Assembly: GCF_001194135.2 (NCBI RefSeq)
Contig: NC_068982.1
Span: 137,137,714-137,201,713, forward strand
Origin: Octopus bimaculoides
Lineage: Eukaryota
DNA: 64,000 nucleotides
Direction of reading: 5' to 3'
Positions 12,435-26,715 of this stretch are shown piece after piece. The position numbers were made by a program, and so were the translations under genes. The notes beneath the pieces are model-generated. The model ran no database searches, had not been told where the DNA came from, and saw nothing but the letters and a program-made list of their open reading frames with translations. Positions within the stretch are counted from its first letter, which is position 1. The number at the start of each line of letters is the position of its first letter.

Positions 12435-13329
12435 TATATTAGCAGTTAATTCAAGATATTTTGCTTCTCCTGTCAGAAAAATTTTTGAGAGGATGACATA
12501 GATTTACTTCAGAAGAAATGGAAACAATTATTATGTTTTACAGTCCCTGTATTTATTTCTTTAACTCTTAATATACCCACACATTGACTTATACTTTCTT
12601 CTTCTATGCTAAGCGATATTCTGCAGTTATAGAGCTATATTGATTTATTGCAACATTCTTTTGTTCAGTTCAAAAATATCAAGAAGCTACAAACGGACTT
12701 TAACTTTTCTGAAGCAGAAATAGACTCAGACACTGTTGAATGGTGATGGAAAGGATGAGACCAACTCAACATTTAACTGTAGGAGTCACTACTTTAGCTA
12801 GATAACTAGGAGGTGTGGGAGGATTTCAACAGGTTCACACAAACCTAGCAATCAGCTCCATGCAAATATAATTCTTCTCTAGCATTAATCTTAATTTTCT
12901 GTTTTTCACAAATTACGCAGCTGACACTAAATCCAGTTTAATAATTGAGAATCTTTCACGCTTCCCAGCTGAAATCCTAGCAATACCTATGGGAGCAATG
13001 TATGAATATCTAATGATACTTCACCATATTCTGTTGAAACATTAAGCTTTGAACAGTTTGAATACAATGCATGATTATCAACATCATAATGAGATTATCT
13101 TCATAATTATTCTACCCTCTCAGAGAGGCCTGTGAGGAATGAAACGGCAAAACAAATTGTTTGATAAAAAAAATATCTAACATGGTTAAAATAATTTTTA
13201 AACGGGCAAGTGTCTTCTACTATAGCCTCGGACTGGCCAAAGCTTTGTGAATGGTTTGGTAGACAGAAACTGAAAGAAGCCCCTTGTATATGTTTGCCTT
13301 CCATACCAGCATGGAAGGCAAACATTAAA

Positions 13330-13725
13330 AGCTGATGATAGTGGTGGTGGTGGTGACAATGGTGGTAGTGGTGATGATGATGACTGGTGGTAGTAGTGGT
13401 GATGATGATGATGACTGGTGGTGGTGGTCGTCGTGGTGACATTGGTGGTGGTGGTGGTAATGGTGGTGGTGATGATGATGATGACAATGGTGGTGGTGGT
13501 CATTGTTGTTGTCATTGTCGTCATTGTTGTTGTTAGTCATCGTCATGGCAGCAGTGGCAGTTGTGGTGGTGACAGCAGTACTGACAGTTGCAGTGGCAGC
13601 AGCGGCGGCGGTGGTGGTGGTGGTGGTGGCGGCGGCAGCAGTGGTGATGGCGGTGGTGGCCATGATGGCAGTGATGGTGGAAGCAGTGGTAGCGGTGATG
13701 ATGATGATGATGATGATAATGATGC
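13330..13725. repeat. Compound trinucleotide array (GGT/GAT/GGC/GTT)n
   Basis: About 400 bp of mixed GRT/GGN triplets. Similar arrays at 835-962, 2165-2295, 16290-16545 and 46660-47100. Confidence 0.9.
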
Positions 13726-14055
13726 CGCAATGTTAAATAACATATCATTTGACCACCACTAATGTACATATGATTATAAAAACAAGGTTTTCCAATCTCT
13801 ATAAATCTCAAGTCAATTAGGAATAAATACAATTAAATAATCAATATCAGATATTGTCCAAGGCCTATATCTAAACAGGTAAATCACAGTCAACTGAAGA
13901 ACAGTAGCCAATATATTACTAATAACTATTTTACCAACCGCACTAATGATGTAATCAAACTCAGCTGAGAACACAGAGTGGTGGAACGAAATATTGGAAA
14001 GCATTTAGTTTGTTACTTATGACCATCCCTGTCAAATCTGCTAAACTGGATAATC

Positions 14056-14421
14056 TTAACCCTTTCGTTAGCAACCCAGCTGAAACCAGCTCTGGCTCTG
14101 TAGAACAAATGTCTTGTTTTCATAAGTTTTGAATTAAAATCTTCCACCAAACCTTAGTCACAATTTATGTTCCTAACACTAGCTGAATGATAACCGAGTT
14201 ATTTTACTAAATTCTTTGTTATCCCCCTCTCTCTCTTTCGGAGAGGCACAAGCACATACACACAGATATATACACACACGACAGTAACTTCTGCCTACCA
14301 AACTCAATCACAAAGTTTCAGTCGGCTTGGGGCTATAGCAGAAGACACTTGCCCAAGGTGCCACGCGGTGGTAATTGAAAGAAACACAGAACATCTCAAA
14401 ATACAGTAACAGAAAGGTTAA
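14056..14421. mobile_element. piggyBac-like MITE copy 1, interrupted by a degraded SINE B fragment
   Basis: TTAACCCTTTCG...AAAGGTTAA ends. The first ~170 bp are nearly identical to copy 2 at 14432. Confidence 0.7.
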
Positions 14422-14431
14422 AGAATGGACA

Positions 14432-14831
14432 TTAACCCTTTCATTACCAACCTGACTGAAACCGGGTCTGGCTCTGAGTACAAATGTCTTGTTTTCATAA
14501 GTTTTGAATTAAACTCTTCCACCAAACCTTAGTCACAATTTATGTTCCTAACACTAGCTGAATGATAACTGAGTTATTTTACTAAATTCTTTTACTCTTT
14601 TACTTGTTTCAGTCATTTGACTGCGGCCATGCTGGAGCACCGCCTTTAGTCGAGAAAATCGACCCCAGGACTTATTCTTTGTAAGCCTAGTACTTATTCT
14701 ATCGGTCTCTTTTTGTCGAACCGCTAAGTTACGGGGACGTAAACACACCAGCATCGGTTGTCAAGCGATGGTGGGGGGACAAACACAGACACACAAANNN
14801 NNNNNNNNNNNNNNNNNNNNNNNNNNNNNNN

Positions 14832-14866
<35 letters not shown>

Positions 14867-15096
14867 TATGACGGGCTTCTTCCAGTTTCTGTCTACCAAA
14901 TCCACTCACAAGGCTTTGGTTGGCCCGAGGCTATAGTAGAAGACACTTGCCCAAGGTGCCATGCAGTGGGACTGAACCTGGAACTATGTGGTTGGTAAGC
15001 AAGTTACTTACCACACAGTCACTCCTACGCCTATATTTAAAGTAATTGAAAGAAACACAGAGCATCTCAAAATAAGTACAGAAATGAAAGGGTTAA
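14432..15096. mobile_element. piggyBac-like MITE copy 2, interrupted by a full SINE B (about 14586-15030, - strand)
   Basis: TTAACCCTTTCA...AAAGGGTTAA ends. A related uninterrupted MITE lies at 63263-63491. Confidence 0.7.
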
Positions 15097-16581
15097 GTAA
15101 TCTCAATTCTAAAACTGATTCATTATTTTTGCCGATGCCAGTGCTACCTGACTGGCACATAAAAAGTGCTATTTGAGTGTGGCCAGTGCCAGTGCTGGTG
15201 GCACAGAAAAAGCACCATTCGAGTATGGTCGATGCCAGTGCCACCTGACTGGCTCCCATGCCAGTGGCATGTAAAAAGCACCCACTTCACTCTCAGAGTG
15301 GTTAGCATTAGGAAGGGCATCCAGCTGTAGAAACTTTGCCAGATCAGATTGAAGCTTGGTGCAGCCATCTGGTTCACCAGCTCTCAGTCAAACCGTCCAA
15401 CCCATGCCAGCATGGAAAGAGGTGGTTAAATTACTATGATGTTGATGATGATGAGGATCTTTTAAGTGATTAAAATTTTTTTAAGATATCAAAAAATTAG
15501 ATCACAAAACCAGAGAGACAAAAAGACACAAGGAAAAGAATGTCACTACAATGATTGCAGAATGTGAGATGAAAGAACTCTGACAAATAAACTAATAACC
15601 ATCATCATCATCGTCGTCGTCGTTTAACGTCCATTTTCCATGCTGGCATGGGTTGGACGGTTTGACAGGGGACTGGCAAACCAAGAGGACACACCAGGCT
15701 CCAATCTGATCTGGAAATGTTTCTACAGCTGGATGCCCTTCCTAATGCCAACCACTCCAAGAGTGTACTGGGGGATTTTTATATGCCACCAGCACAGGAG
15801 CCAGTCAGGCGGCACTGGCATCGGCCACATTCGGATGGTGCTTTTTACATGCTACCAGCACAGGAGCCAGTCGGCGCGGGGTAGGGAGCTGGCGTCGACC
15901 ATATTTGGATGGTGCTTTTTATGTGCCACCGGCACGGGGAGCCAGTCACGCAACACTGGCAACAACCCATACATGAATAGGGTTTATTGCGTGCCACCAG
16001 CACAGGAGCCAGTCAGGTGGCACTGGCATCAGCCACAAATACAATATCCATTTGATTGGGATTTGATTTTTGAGTTTGATTTTGATTTTGCTAATAATAT
16101 TGATTTCAAATTTTGACACAAGGCCAGCAAGATCAAGGGAGGAAATGAGTAAATTACATCGACGCCAGTGATGAACTGGTACTTATTTTTTCAACCCTGA
16201 AAGGATGAAAGGCAAAGCCAAGACACAATCGTCCAGCATATTGGATTCTGTCATGCCATCTGTCCCATACTAGCATGGAAGATTGACATTAAAAGATGAT
16301 GATGATGACGATGATGATGATGATTATGATGATGATTACGACGATGATTATGATAATGATGGGATAGAGGATGGTGATGGTGGTGGTGCTGGTGCTGGTG
16401 CTGCTGCTGGTGATGGAGATGATAGTAGTAATGATGATGTTTATGATATGATGACGATATGATGATGATAATGATGTTGCTGTTGATGATGGTGGTGGTG
16501 ATGACAATCATGATGGCGATGATAATCATGGTGAAGTTGATGATGTTTCTAACTACTGCTGTCCGATGTAAAATGCTTTAC

Positions 16582-16749
16582 CTTTTGTTTTTCTTTTTCC
16601 CTTTAGGAAGAATCAAGATATGTTCAGGATTCATTTGGTTCCGAAAATGTTTATTGTCCGAAGATGAGCTTGCGTTCAAAACATGACTTTCCACCATACA
16701 TACATTTATCACTTTATTTTCCTTTTTGTGACATTTATTAGTATTATTA
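16582..16749 (-). CDS. C9orf43-like gene, internal coding exon (168 nt, phase 2/2)
   Basis: Acceptor TTTTTTTTTTCAG, donor AAG|GTAAAG. Open frame NNTNKCHKKENKVINVCMVESHVLNASSSSDNKHFRNQMNPEHILILPKGKKKNK, phase-compatible with exon 20790-20834. Confidence 0.65.
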
Positions 16750-16979
16750 CTGAAAAAAAAAATTAGAAAAATATAAATTAGGCAATGAACACAAAAAGAA
16801 GACAACACAAGAGGGTTATGCTTTAACAAATGTTGTATTAGTTTCATGCTTAAAGAAAAGGGAAAGTGACTTCATGTTTCAGACATTAATCTTTCACCAG
16901 AGAAAATAAAGAAGAGAAGAATTATTTAAAAGGAAATTATAATTTAACAAATGAAATTTTGGTGAATTACATTACGATA

Positions 16980-17390
16980 GGTGCAGGCATGGCTGTGTGG
17001 TAAAAAGTTTGCTTCTCAACCACATGGTTCCAGGTTCAGTCTCACTGCATGGTACCTTGGGCTAGTACTTCTACTATAGCCTCAGAGCAACCAAACTTGT
17101 GAGTGAATTTGGTAGGTGGAAACTGAAAGAAGCTTGTCAATGATGTATGTGTATGTGTGTGTGTTTGTGTGTCTTTGTTTCTGTGTTTGTCCCCCCATCG
17201 CTCTTTGACAACTGCTGTTGGTTTGATTTTGTCCTTGTAACTTAGCAGTTTGTCAAACGAGACCAATAGAATAAGTACCACTCATTAAAAATAAATAAGT
17301 ACGGGGGTCAATTCATTCGACTAAAACAAATTCTTCAAGGTGTGCCCCAGCATGGCCGCAGTCTGATGACTGAAACAAGACGAAAGATAA
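16980..17390 (+). mobile_element. SINE family B
   Basis: GGTGCAGGCATGGCTGTGTGGTAAAAAGT head through GACTGAAACAAG tail. Further copies at 19690-19870(+), 21315-21570(-), 21742-22405(-), 26465-26950(-), 27565-28078(-), 29467-29945(-), 31755-32000(-), 50543-50956(+), 53995-54420(+) and 63815-64000(+). Confidence 0.8.
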
Positions 17391-18178
17391 AATATGGTTT
17401 AAAACAAATAATGAAATCAAGGCAAATCAACCAAGTGGAGCCCCATCCATGGAAGGACTTTGATACCTGGTACAGGAACAGCTGTGTGGTTAAGAAGTTT
17501 GTCCCCCAATCACTTGGTTCTGGGTTCAGTCCTACCGAGTGCATCTTGGGTAACAGTCTTCTGCTATAGCCCCAAACTGACCAAAACCTTCTGAATGGAT
17601 TTGGTAAATGGAAACTGAAAGAAGCCCATTGTGTTCGTGTGTGCATGTGTGCCTGTATGCATGTTAAGGTGCATGGTGAAGTGGTTGGGATGTTGTACTC
17701 ACAATCACAAGATCATGGTTTCAATTCCTGGCTCGGGTGGTCTGTTGACACCTGATATGTGGTACACCATGCACCAGTTCAGGCAATATCGATTTGATGG
17801 AGGGAGTGAGCTAAGGTACAGCACACAGGTTTGATCACTATAAACAAATCATTTGTGCTTTGATTAGATATTTCACCATATTTATATATGCGTATATGCA
17901 TCATCATCATCATCATCATCATTTAACATCCGTTGTCCATGGGTTGGACGGTTTGACCAGGGCTGGTAAGCTGAGGGGCTGCACCAGACTTCAGTCTGAA
18001 TTGGTTTGTATGGATGGATACCCTTCCACTCTGAGAGTGTAAGGAGTGATTTAATGTACCACCAGTATGGGTGCCAGTTGCATGACACCATTATCTGAGA
18101 CAAATACAATTTCACTCAGCTTGTTGGGTCTTCTTCTCGAGCATGGCATATCTGTGTCTACAAATATACATATATATA

Positions 18179-18245
<67 letters not shown>

Positions 18246-18424
18246 NNNNNNNNNNNNNNNNNNNNNNNNNNNNNNNNNNNNNNNNNNNNNNNNNNNNNNN
18301 NNNNNNNNNNNNNNNNNNNNNNNNNNNNNNNNNNNNNNNNNNNNNNNNNNNNNNNNNNNNNNNNNNNNNNNNNNNNNNNNNNNNNNNNNNNNNNNNNNNN
18401 NNNNNNNNNNNNNNNNNNNNNNNN

Positions 18425-18490
<66 letters not shown>

Positions 18491-18574
18491 CATACATATA
18501 AGAAGAATGACCACTAGGTGGATTTCTAATATGCTAAAGGTACACCCCATATGGTCTGACCACTAAGAAAAATT

Positions 18575-18800
18575 GTTCTCAAGAAATTTCGGTAAACACC
18601 CGGATTCCTTCAACTGTTTGGGAGTGGCACTTCTTCACACATCTCTCCTCATCCATCCACAGTACATGACCATACCAGCGCAGACGTCTCTCTTGCACGC
18701 CACATCCAATGCTTGTTATGTCTACCATTTCTCTCAGGGCGCTTACATTCTGTTGTGTGTGCACACTGACATTACACATCCAGCGGAGTGCTTGTTGAAA
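18575..18800 (-). mobile_element. RTE LINE ORF C-terminal fragment
   Basis: SALREMVDITSIGCGVQERRLRWYGHVLWMDEERCVKKCHSQTVEG contains the RTE RRLRW.GHV.RM motif. Confidence 0.8.
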
Positions 18801-20019
18801 ATACACAGTTGGCGAGTAATAAGCGAACCTCAGGAACATTGATATTATAAAAGTTATAACTGTTTGACAAGAAGTCATATGTCATATCAAATTTGAACTT
18901 GGAAATTTAAGCCTTGCATTTCTACGACACTCTAACAATTCTGCCAAAGCAGGAAGCATTCAACTACTTTTGTTACTCTATTATGTTTTTCAGTTGATAT
19001 TAGTTCTAAACACATTTGCAAAGATATAGATTTATCATTTGGATTTAAGTGTTGAAAGTTGAAATCTTTTTTTCTAAGCTATAATCACAAAAGCTATACA
19101 TGAATATTGCACATGTTATGGCTTACAATGAAGAGTCTGGCTTTTTTAACCTTTGCGAAAATGTTTCATAATTCCAATATTTTATATGTGTGGGTGAATG
19201 GGCAGAGGAGTTAGAGTGTTGGATTGAATGCTTTGTTGTTTTCTCTTTAGTTCTCTGAGCCTTGAGTTCAAATCCAACCAAGGTCAGCTTTGTCTTTCAT
19301 CTTTCCAGGAGTCAATAAATCAGTAACAATCCAGGGCAGTGGATTGACAGAACAGACTGTCAATTAGACTGGGTGCCTTGTAGTATTTGTTCCAGCTCTT
19401 TGTATTCTGAATTTAAATCCCACCCTGGTCAACATGGACAGTAAACTTAAAATATCACCTGGTTTAACAACAGTACCTGGTATCTTGTGAATCTTTAACA
19501 GTGTCCACTCCATTGCATCCAGGACAGGTCAGCTGTGAGATCTCTCAAGAGTGCTACTGGTAATAGGGAATTCAATACAACCTGTTGCATGGTCGAGTCA
19601 TTAGGGACTAAACCAGCACCTCCACTAGGCTTGCCTGGTGAGGAGGGTTGCTAGTAACCCAGCAGGACTAAAATGCACATGTATACACTTAGGTGCAGGC
19701 ATGGCTGTTTGGTTAAGAAGTTTGCTTCCTGATTACATGGCTTTGGCCTCAGTCCCAATGTGAGATACCTTGGGCAAGTGTCTTCTATGATAGTTCCAGG
19801 CCAGCAAAAGTCTTGTGAGTAGATTTGGTAGAGAGAAATTGAAATAAGCCTGTCATATATATAGATATATATGTAACGTTAGGAAGAGCAACCAGCCGTA
19901 GTAACTTTGCTAGATCAGATTGGAGCCTGGTACAGCCTTCTGGCTTGCCAGTCCTCAGTCAAACCGTCCAACCCATGCTAGCATGGAAAGCAGACGTTAA
20001 ACAACAATGATGACATAAG

Positions 20020-20541
20020 AACATTGCAAATCCGGGGTAGAGGTAGACCCAGGAAGACATGGGATGAGGTGGTGAAGCATGACTTTCAAACAGAGGCAAT
20101 GATGAAAGACTGAGACCTCTGAAGATATGCTGTGACTGAGAAGACCCAGCAAATAAAGTGAGTTCATAGCTGTAACCCACACCAGTGTCACATAACCAGC
20201 CCACTCAAAAGTACCTTGGATCGTAGGGTGACATACTGTGCTTGAGGAGACCTATTGAGTCAAGTACATCAAATCAAAATCAAATGGAAATTGTAGTTGT
20301 GATCCCCGTGCCGGTGGCACATAAAAAGCACTAACTGATCGTGGTCGTTGCCAGCCTCCTCTGGCCCGTGCCAGTGGCACATAAAAAGCAGCTGCTACAC
20401 TCTCGGAGTGGTTGGCATTAGGAAGGGCATCCAGCTGTAGAAACACTGCCAGATCAAACTGGAGCCTGGTTCAGCCTCCTGGCTTCCCAGACCCCAGTCG
20501 AACAGTCCAATCCATGCCAGCATGGAAAACGGACGTTAAAC

Positions 20542-20572
<31 letters not shown>
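20020..20572 (+). mobile_element. RTE LINE 3' end linking the ORF terminus to the family A 3' UTR and (GAT)n tail
   Basis: GGTAGACCCAGGAAGACATGGGATGAGGTGGTGAAGCATGAC (GRPRKTWDEVVKHD) runs continuously into the family A consensus. Family A is therefore this LINE's 3' UTR. Confidence 0.75.
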
Positions 20573-20573
<1 letters not shown>

Positions 20574-20789
20574 CTCCACGATATCTCTATCAATAATTCC
20601 TACGACCTGTACACTATGACTATGCATATGACACTTTCCCCAGACTGTTCTGCACATGCTCATTCATGCTAACTAGTAGAGTTCACTTAGGCAATCACAG
20701 GGGTGTACAGATTCCCCATACAGGGGATGAAGAGAGAGAGAGTGGGGGAGAGAGGCTGGATGGGAAAATAAAATATTTTTATTTCTTAC

Positions 20790-20834
20790 TCGGAATTTTT
20801 TCTTTCCCTTATCCCAAGCATATAATTTATTGAG
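20790..20834 (-). CDS. C9orf43-like gene, coding exon (45 nt, phase 2/2)
   Basis: Acceptor GTTGTTTTTAG, donor CGA|GTAAGA. Reads SINYMLGIRERKNS. Confidence 0.6.
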
Positions 20835-21001
20835 CTAAAAACAACACTGACAGGAATTCTACCTTATGGTAAGTAGAAAGCAGATTCCTAATGAATTTGT
20901 AAAAGTTGGAACAAAACTAAAAGAAGCCTATTCTAAAATAATATTCTATGAACTGTGGTTCATAACCTGAGAAAAGATTAGTGAGAAAAGGTCAAACCTA
21001 C

Positions 21002-21050
21002 TTCAGACATTCTCCAAGACTCTTTTTTAGGATGTTACATTTATTATCAA
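21002..21050 (-). CDS. C9orf43-like gene, coding exon (49 nt, phase 1/2)
   Basis: Acceptor CCATCTTTCCAG, donor GAA|GTAGGT. Reads DNKCNILKKSLGECL, with a 167-nt intron to the next exon in matching phase. Confidence 0.65.
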
Positions 21051-21522
21051 CTGGAAAGATGGCATTTTTGTAAATGTTATAAATAAATATGACCTTTTAT
21101 GAAAAATTGATCATTTCAGAACTATATAAAGCATTGCTGTAAATGATTAATGAAATTTTGCGGTAAAGTCTGTTGAAAGATAAAATCTCAGCAAAAGATT
21201 TTTGCTGTATTTAACTCCAAAATGTGCAGATTAAGATTATGGCTAAGATACTTGCATACAAAGCAAAATTTTAATATATTTTTTTGGTAGTTGGTATTAA
21301 AGATATTGAAATAAGTTACTCTTTTACTGGTTTCAGTCATTTGACTGCGGCCATGCTGCAGCAACAGCTTTAGTCGAGCAAATCGACCCCAGGACTTATT
21401 CTTTGTTAGCCAAGTACTTATCCTATTGGTCTCTTTTGCCAAACCGCTAAGTTACAGGGACGTATACACACCAACATCGGTTGTTAAGCAATGGTGGGGG
21501 GACAAACACACACACACATATA

Positions 21523-21573
<51 letters not shown>

Positions 21574-22614
21574 ACGACAGAATAGCTACAAAGAAGCATC
21601 ACATTATACAAATGGATTCCTCCATTTCCAGTCTTCTGTGAAAACATGTCTGGCTAAGGGGAAATATCACTTTGCTTGGAAATACGTGAAGGGCGTCTGA
21701 TCATAAAAAATCTGCCCCAACAAATTCCATTCGACCTATGCTTACTCTTTTACTCTTTTACTTGTTTCAGTCATTTGACTGTGGCCAGGTTGGAGCATCA
21801 CCTTTAGTCGAGCAAATCGACCCCAGGACTTATTCTTTGTAAGCCTAGTACTTATTCTATCAGTCTCTTTTGCTGAACTGCTAAGTTATGGGGACGTAAA
21901 CACACCAGCATCGGTTGTCAAGCAATGTTGGGGGGACAAACACAGACACACAAACATATACACACACATACATACATACACACATNNNNNNNNNNNNNNN
22001 NNNNNNNNNNNNNNNNNNNNNNNNNNNNNNNNNNNNNNNNNNNNNNNNNNNNNNNNNNNNNNNNNNNNNNNNNNNNNNNNNNNNNNNNNNNNNNNNNNNN
22101 NNNNNNNNNNNNNNNNNNNNNNNNNNNNNNNNNNNNNNNNNNNNNNNNNNNNNNNNNNNNNNNNNNNNNNNNNNNNNNNNNNNNNNNNNNNNNNNNNNNN
22201 NNNNNNNNNNNNNNNNNNNNNNNNNNNNNNNATATATATATATATACATATATACAACAGGCTTCTTTCAGTTTCCGTCTACCAAATCCACTCACAAGGC
22301 TTTGGTCGGCCCGAGACTTACAGTAGAAGACACTTGCCGAAGGTGCCACACAGTGTGACTGAACCCATGTGGTTGGTAAGTAAGCTACTTAGCACACAGC
22401 CACACTTACTTGCACAAGAAAGTTGATGATGATGATGATGATGATGATAACCAATATATTCAGACTAGAATCCAAATATGGTTGTTATGGTCACAATGTT
22501 TTGGCCTTCTTCAGGTGACAGTCATATTCAGTAACATTCTGAGAATTTTTAATCAAACCTTTTACCATTTAATTCATAGAAGTAAATCAGTTTTTATTTC
22601 ACTATCCATGCAAG

Positions 22615-22705
<91 letters not shown>

Positions 22706-23201
22706 TTCTCTTAATTATTTTCATTCTAGTGATGTTGCATGTTCATTCTGCTGGAACTAGATCTTAGATAGAACACTCCCCTAAGGATTCAGCTCAAACC
22801 AGCAAGACTAGAGGTTCTCAGCTGGGGACCCATATGAACCTTGGGGACCCATATGAATCTTGGGGACCCATATAAGATTTTGTTGTCAAAATTTAGGTGC
22901 AATAAACTGAATAAACTCCTACAATACACAAGATATTCTAATACTTATTTTTATATGATTCCTAATAAGACCCATCAAGCTGAGCACAATTGCAGTTGTG
23001 GCAGATACTGGTGTCACACAAGTGGCACCCATGCCTGTGGCACATAAAACCACCCATTACACTCTCAGAGTGGTTGGCATTAGGAAGGGCATCCAGCCAT
23101 AGAAAACCATGCCAAATCAGACTGGAGTCTGGTTCAGCCTTCCAGCTTGCCAACCCTGGTCAAGCCATCCAACTCATGCTAGTGTGGACACTGGATATTA
23201 A

Positions 23202-23236
<35 letters not shown>

Positions 23237-23274
23237 ATATATTTTTTTATTTATGTGCCCTTTTTTTAAAACCT

Positions 23275-23552
23275 AGCCAGGTTTGTGGGCCCGGTTTCCC
23301 GGTTTCTATGGCGTATGTGTTCCCCACCAGCTGGACGGGATGCCAGTGCATCGCAGCTTTTTACTCAAGAAACAGGAAGAAAGAGTGAGAGAAAGTTGGG
23401 GCGAAAGAGTACAACAGGGGTCGCCACCAACCCTTGCTGGAGCCTCCTGGAGCTTTAGGTGTTTTCGCTCAATAAACACGCACAATGCCCGGTCTTGGAA
23501 TCAAAACCGCGATCCTCCAACCGCGAGTCCGTTGCCCTAACCACTGCGCCTC
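23275..23552 (-). mobile_element. CpG-rich (young) tRNA-headed SINE, distinct family
   Basis: The minus strand starts GGAGGCGCAGTGGTTAGGGCAACGGACTCGCGGTTGGAGGATCGCGGTTTTGATTCC (A/B-box-like), followed by a non-tRNA body. Confidence 0.6.
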
Positions 23553-23799
23553 CGATGATGATTTAATTATGAAAATATAATGGGACTTTTTTAAACATTG
23601 AATGTTTAAGGTCCAGTGAAGTAACATAGAAATCAAAGAGAACCATAGGCAAAACAAAAACGGTTGGGAATTACTGTACTAGATGAACAGCAACCATTAA
23701 CACATGACATTTAATCAACACTCATTCATTGCACCATTGTCCTGTATTAAAATTAGACAACAGGACAAAGGCAGGAGTGGGCATAGGCACAGGAGTGAC

Positions 23800-24435
23800 T
23801 ATAGGTGCAGGAGTGGCTATGTAGTAAGAAGCTTGCTTAACAACCACATGATTCCAGTTTCAGTCCCACTGTGTGGCACCTTGGGTAAGTGTCTTCTATT
23901 ATAGCCTCGGGCTGACCAAAGCTTTGTGAGTGGATTTGGTAGACGGAAACTGAAAGGCAGCGAGCTGGCACAAACGTTAGCACGCCGGGCGAAATGCTTA
24001 GTGGTATGTCGTCTGCCGCTATGTTCTGAGTTCAAATTCTGCTGAGGTCGACTTTGTCTTTCATCCTTTCGGGGTCGATTAAATAAGTACCAGTTACGCA
24101 CTGGGGTTGATATTATCAACTTAATCTATTTGACTGTCTTTGTTTGTCCCATCTATGTGTAGCACCTTGTGGGCAGTAAAGAAATAAGGAAACTGAAAGA
24201 AACCCATCGTATATATGTGTGCGTGTGTGTGTGTTTGTGTATCTGTGTTTGTCCCCCCACCATTGCTTGACAACCGATGTTGGTGTGTTTACATCCCCAT
24301 AACTTAGCAGTTCGGCAAAATAGTCTGATAGAATAAGTACTAGGCTTACAAAAGAATAAGTCCTGGGGTCGATTAGTTCGGCTGAAGGCAATGCGCCAGC
24401 ATGTTCACAGTCAAATGACTGAAACCAGTAAAAGA
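23800..24435 (+). mobile_element. SINE B interrupted by SINE C (23957-24187)
   Basis: 12-bp TSD GGAAACTGAAAG at 23945-23956 and 24188-24199. Confidence 0.85.
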
Positions 24436-25307
24436 GGTAAATAACTCTGTAACAACTGGAATATGGCACCCCATATCATCACAACAGCAACATGATAACT
24501 GTCCAAACATAGGATGTTTTCAGCATTGCAGCAGTAGAATATGATATTTACTTGAAATTTAATTATCTATAAAAGACACTTTCNNNNNNNNNNNNNNNNN
24601 NNNNNNNNNNNNNNNNNNNNNNNNNNNNNNNNNNNNNNNNNNNNNNNNNNNNNNNNNNNNNNNNNNNNNNNNNNNNNNNNNNNNNNNNNNNNNNNNNNNN
24701 NNNNNNNNNNNNNNNNNNNNNNNNNNNNNNNNNNNNNNNNNNNNNNNNNNNNNNNNNNNNNNNNNNNNNNNNNNNNNNNNNNNNNNNNNNNNNNNNNNNN
24801 NNNNNNNNNNNNNNNNNNNNNNNNNNNNNNNNNNNNNNNNNNNNNNNNNNNNNNNNNNNNNNNNNNNNNNNNNNNNNNNNNNNNNNNNNNNNNNNNNNNN
24901 NNNNNNNNNNNNNNNNNNNNNNNNNNNNNNNNNNNNNNNNNNNNNNNNNNNNNNNNNNNNNNNNNNNNNNNNNNNNNNNNNNNNNNNNNNNNNNNNNNNN
25001 NNNNNNNNNNNNNNNNNNNNNNNNNNNNNNNNNNNNNNNNNNNNNNNNNNNNNNNNNNNNNNNNNNNNNNNNNNNNNNNNNNNNNNNNNNNNNNNNNNNA
25101 AGTATTTCAATATAAACACAATATATTAGTAATGTAATGAGTGACATTTTTTTTCTTTTCATAACCTAAGAAGCAGTGCAATCAGAGCTGAGTGCTTCTA
25201 TGATATTCTATAGCTTCCACTAAGCTATTAAAATGCAGTATTATATATGTACGTGTGTGTGTGTGTGTGTGTGTATGTGTGTGTATGTGTGTGTGTGTGT
25301 GTATGTG

Positions 25308-25342
<35 letters not shown>

Positions 25343-26372
25343 ATACACTTGTCTTGACATCATGTGATGTTGGTAAACATGTGTCACAATTAGATGAGCA
25401 ATATTGTTCATTTCGTGTCTTGTGTGAAAGACATGTCTTGCCATGGAGGGAAAATTTAACCTCGTTTTGAAACAGGGGCAGGCACCAAACTGTGGAAAAT
25501 ATGGTTTAATTGATAAGTTTTAGTGACATCCCTTACCCTCTCTAATCCTTTCTACTGTAGGCACAAGGCCTGAAATAGGGTGGGGAATGGGGTTAGTCAA
25601 TTACCTCGACCTCAGTGCTCAAATGCTGTTTATTTTATTAACCCTGAAAAGACGAGAGGTAAAAATCGACCTTGGTGGAGTTTGAACTCAGAAAATAAAC
25701 TTGGACAAAATGCTGCCAAACATTTTACCCAATATAGTTACCCTCTCTAATAACTGCTGATTTTCATAACTTTTAATTACTTGCCCCCCTCCTCACTCCC
25801 TCTCTCTCTCTCTTTCTTTCTCCCTCCTCTCTCTCTCTCTCTATTTCTTTCTTTCTGGTTACTCTTATTTGTCTTATTGACTATCCATCACTTGTACTCT
25901 CACTTACCAGCTAGTATCCCCCCTGATCTTCTATACTGCTAGCTGCTATGGTCACTCATTACTGACACCCATCACACTTTCTTACCACAAACCATTTTTA
26001 TCATTATCCACCTCTCTCTCTCTCTCTCTCTCTATCTCTTTCCTTTATCTACAAAAATGTAACTACCATAAGTGTCTCTCTCCCATTACCCAATGCCATT
26101 TCTGTTCTCTCATTACTCTCTGCTTTTACTCTCTCTCTCTCTTCACTTCTCCCACTGCCTATTCCATTCCTTCTTCCTCTTTCCAAACTATCACTCCATT
26201 CACTCTCTCTCCATTTTCATACTCTCCTTTCTTTCTCTTTCTCACATATTTCATTCTCTGCAACCATTCTTTCTTCTACTCACTCTGTTGGTAACTTTTG
26301 CTCTGAACAAGCAGAGACAATATAGCATAGTGAGAACTGCCTTTTGTTATGCAAAGCACAAGAGAAGCTCAC

Positions 26373-26400
26373 CAGAGCTGGTACCACAATAAAATAGTTT
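26373..26400 (-). CDS. C9orf43-like gene, 28-nt coding micro-exon (phase 0/1)
   Basis: Acceptor CAATCTCTTTACAG, donor CTG|GTGAGC. Reads KLFYCGTSS, in phase with 21002-21050. Confidence 0.55.
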
Positions 26401-26666
26401 CTGTAAAGAGATTGACAGAAGAGTGTAGACATCATAGATTCAAGGAGACCCTTCAGTTTTATCATTCTTTACTTGTTTCAGTCATTTGACTGTGACCATG
26501 CTGGAGCATCACCTTTAGTCGAGAAAATCAACCCCAGAACTTATTGTTTGTAAGCGTAGTACTTATTATATCGATCTCTTTTCGCCGAACCGCTAAGTTA
26601 CAGGGACGTAAACACACCAGCATCGGTTGTCAAGCGATGGTGGGGGGACAAACACAGACACACAAA

Positions 26667-26715
<49 letters not shown>

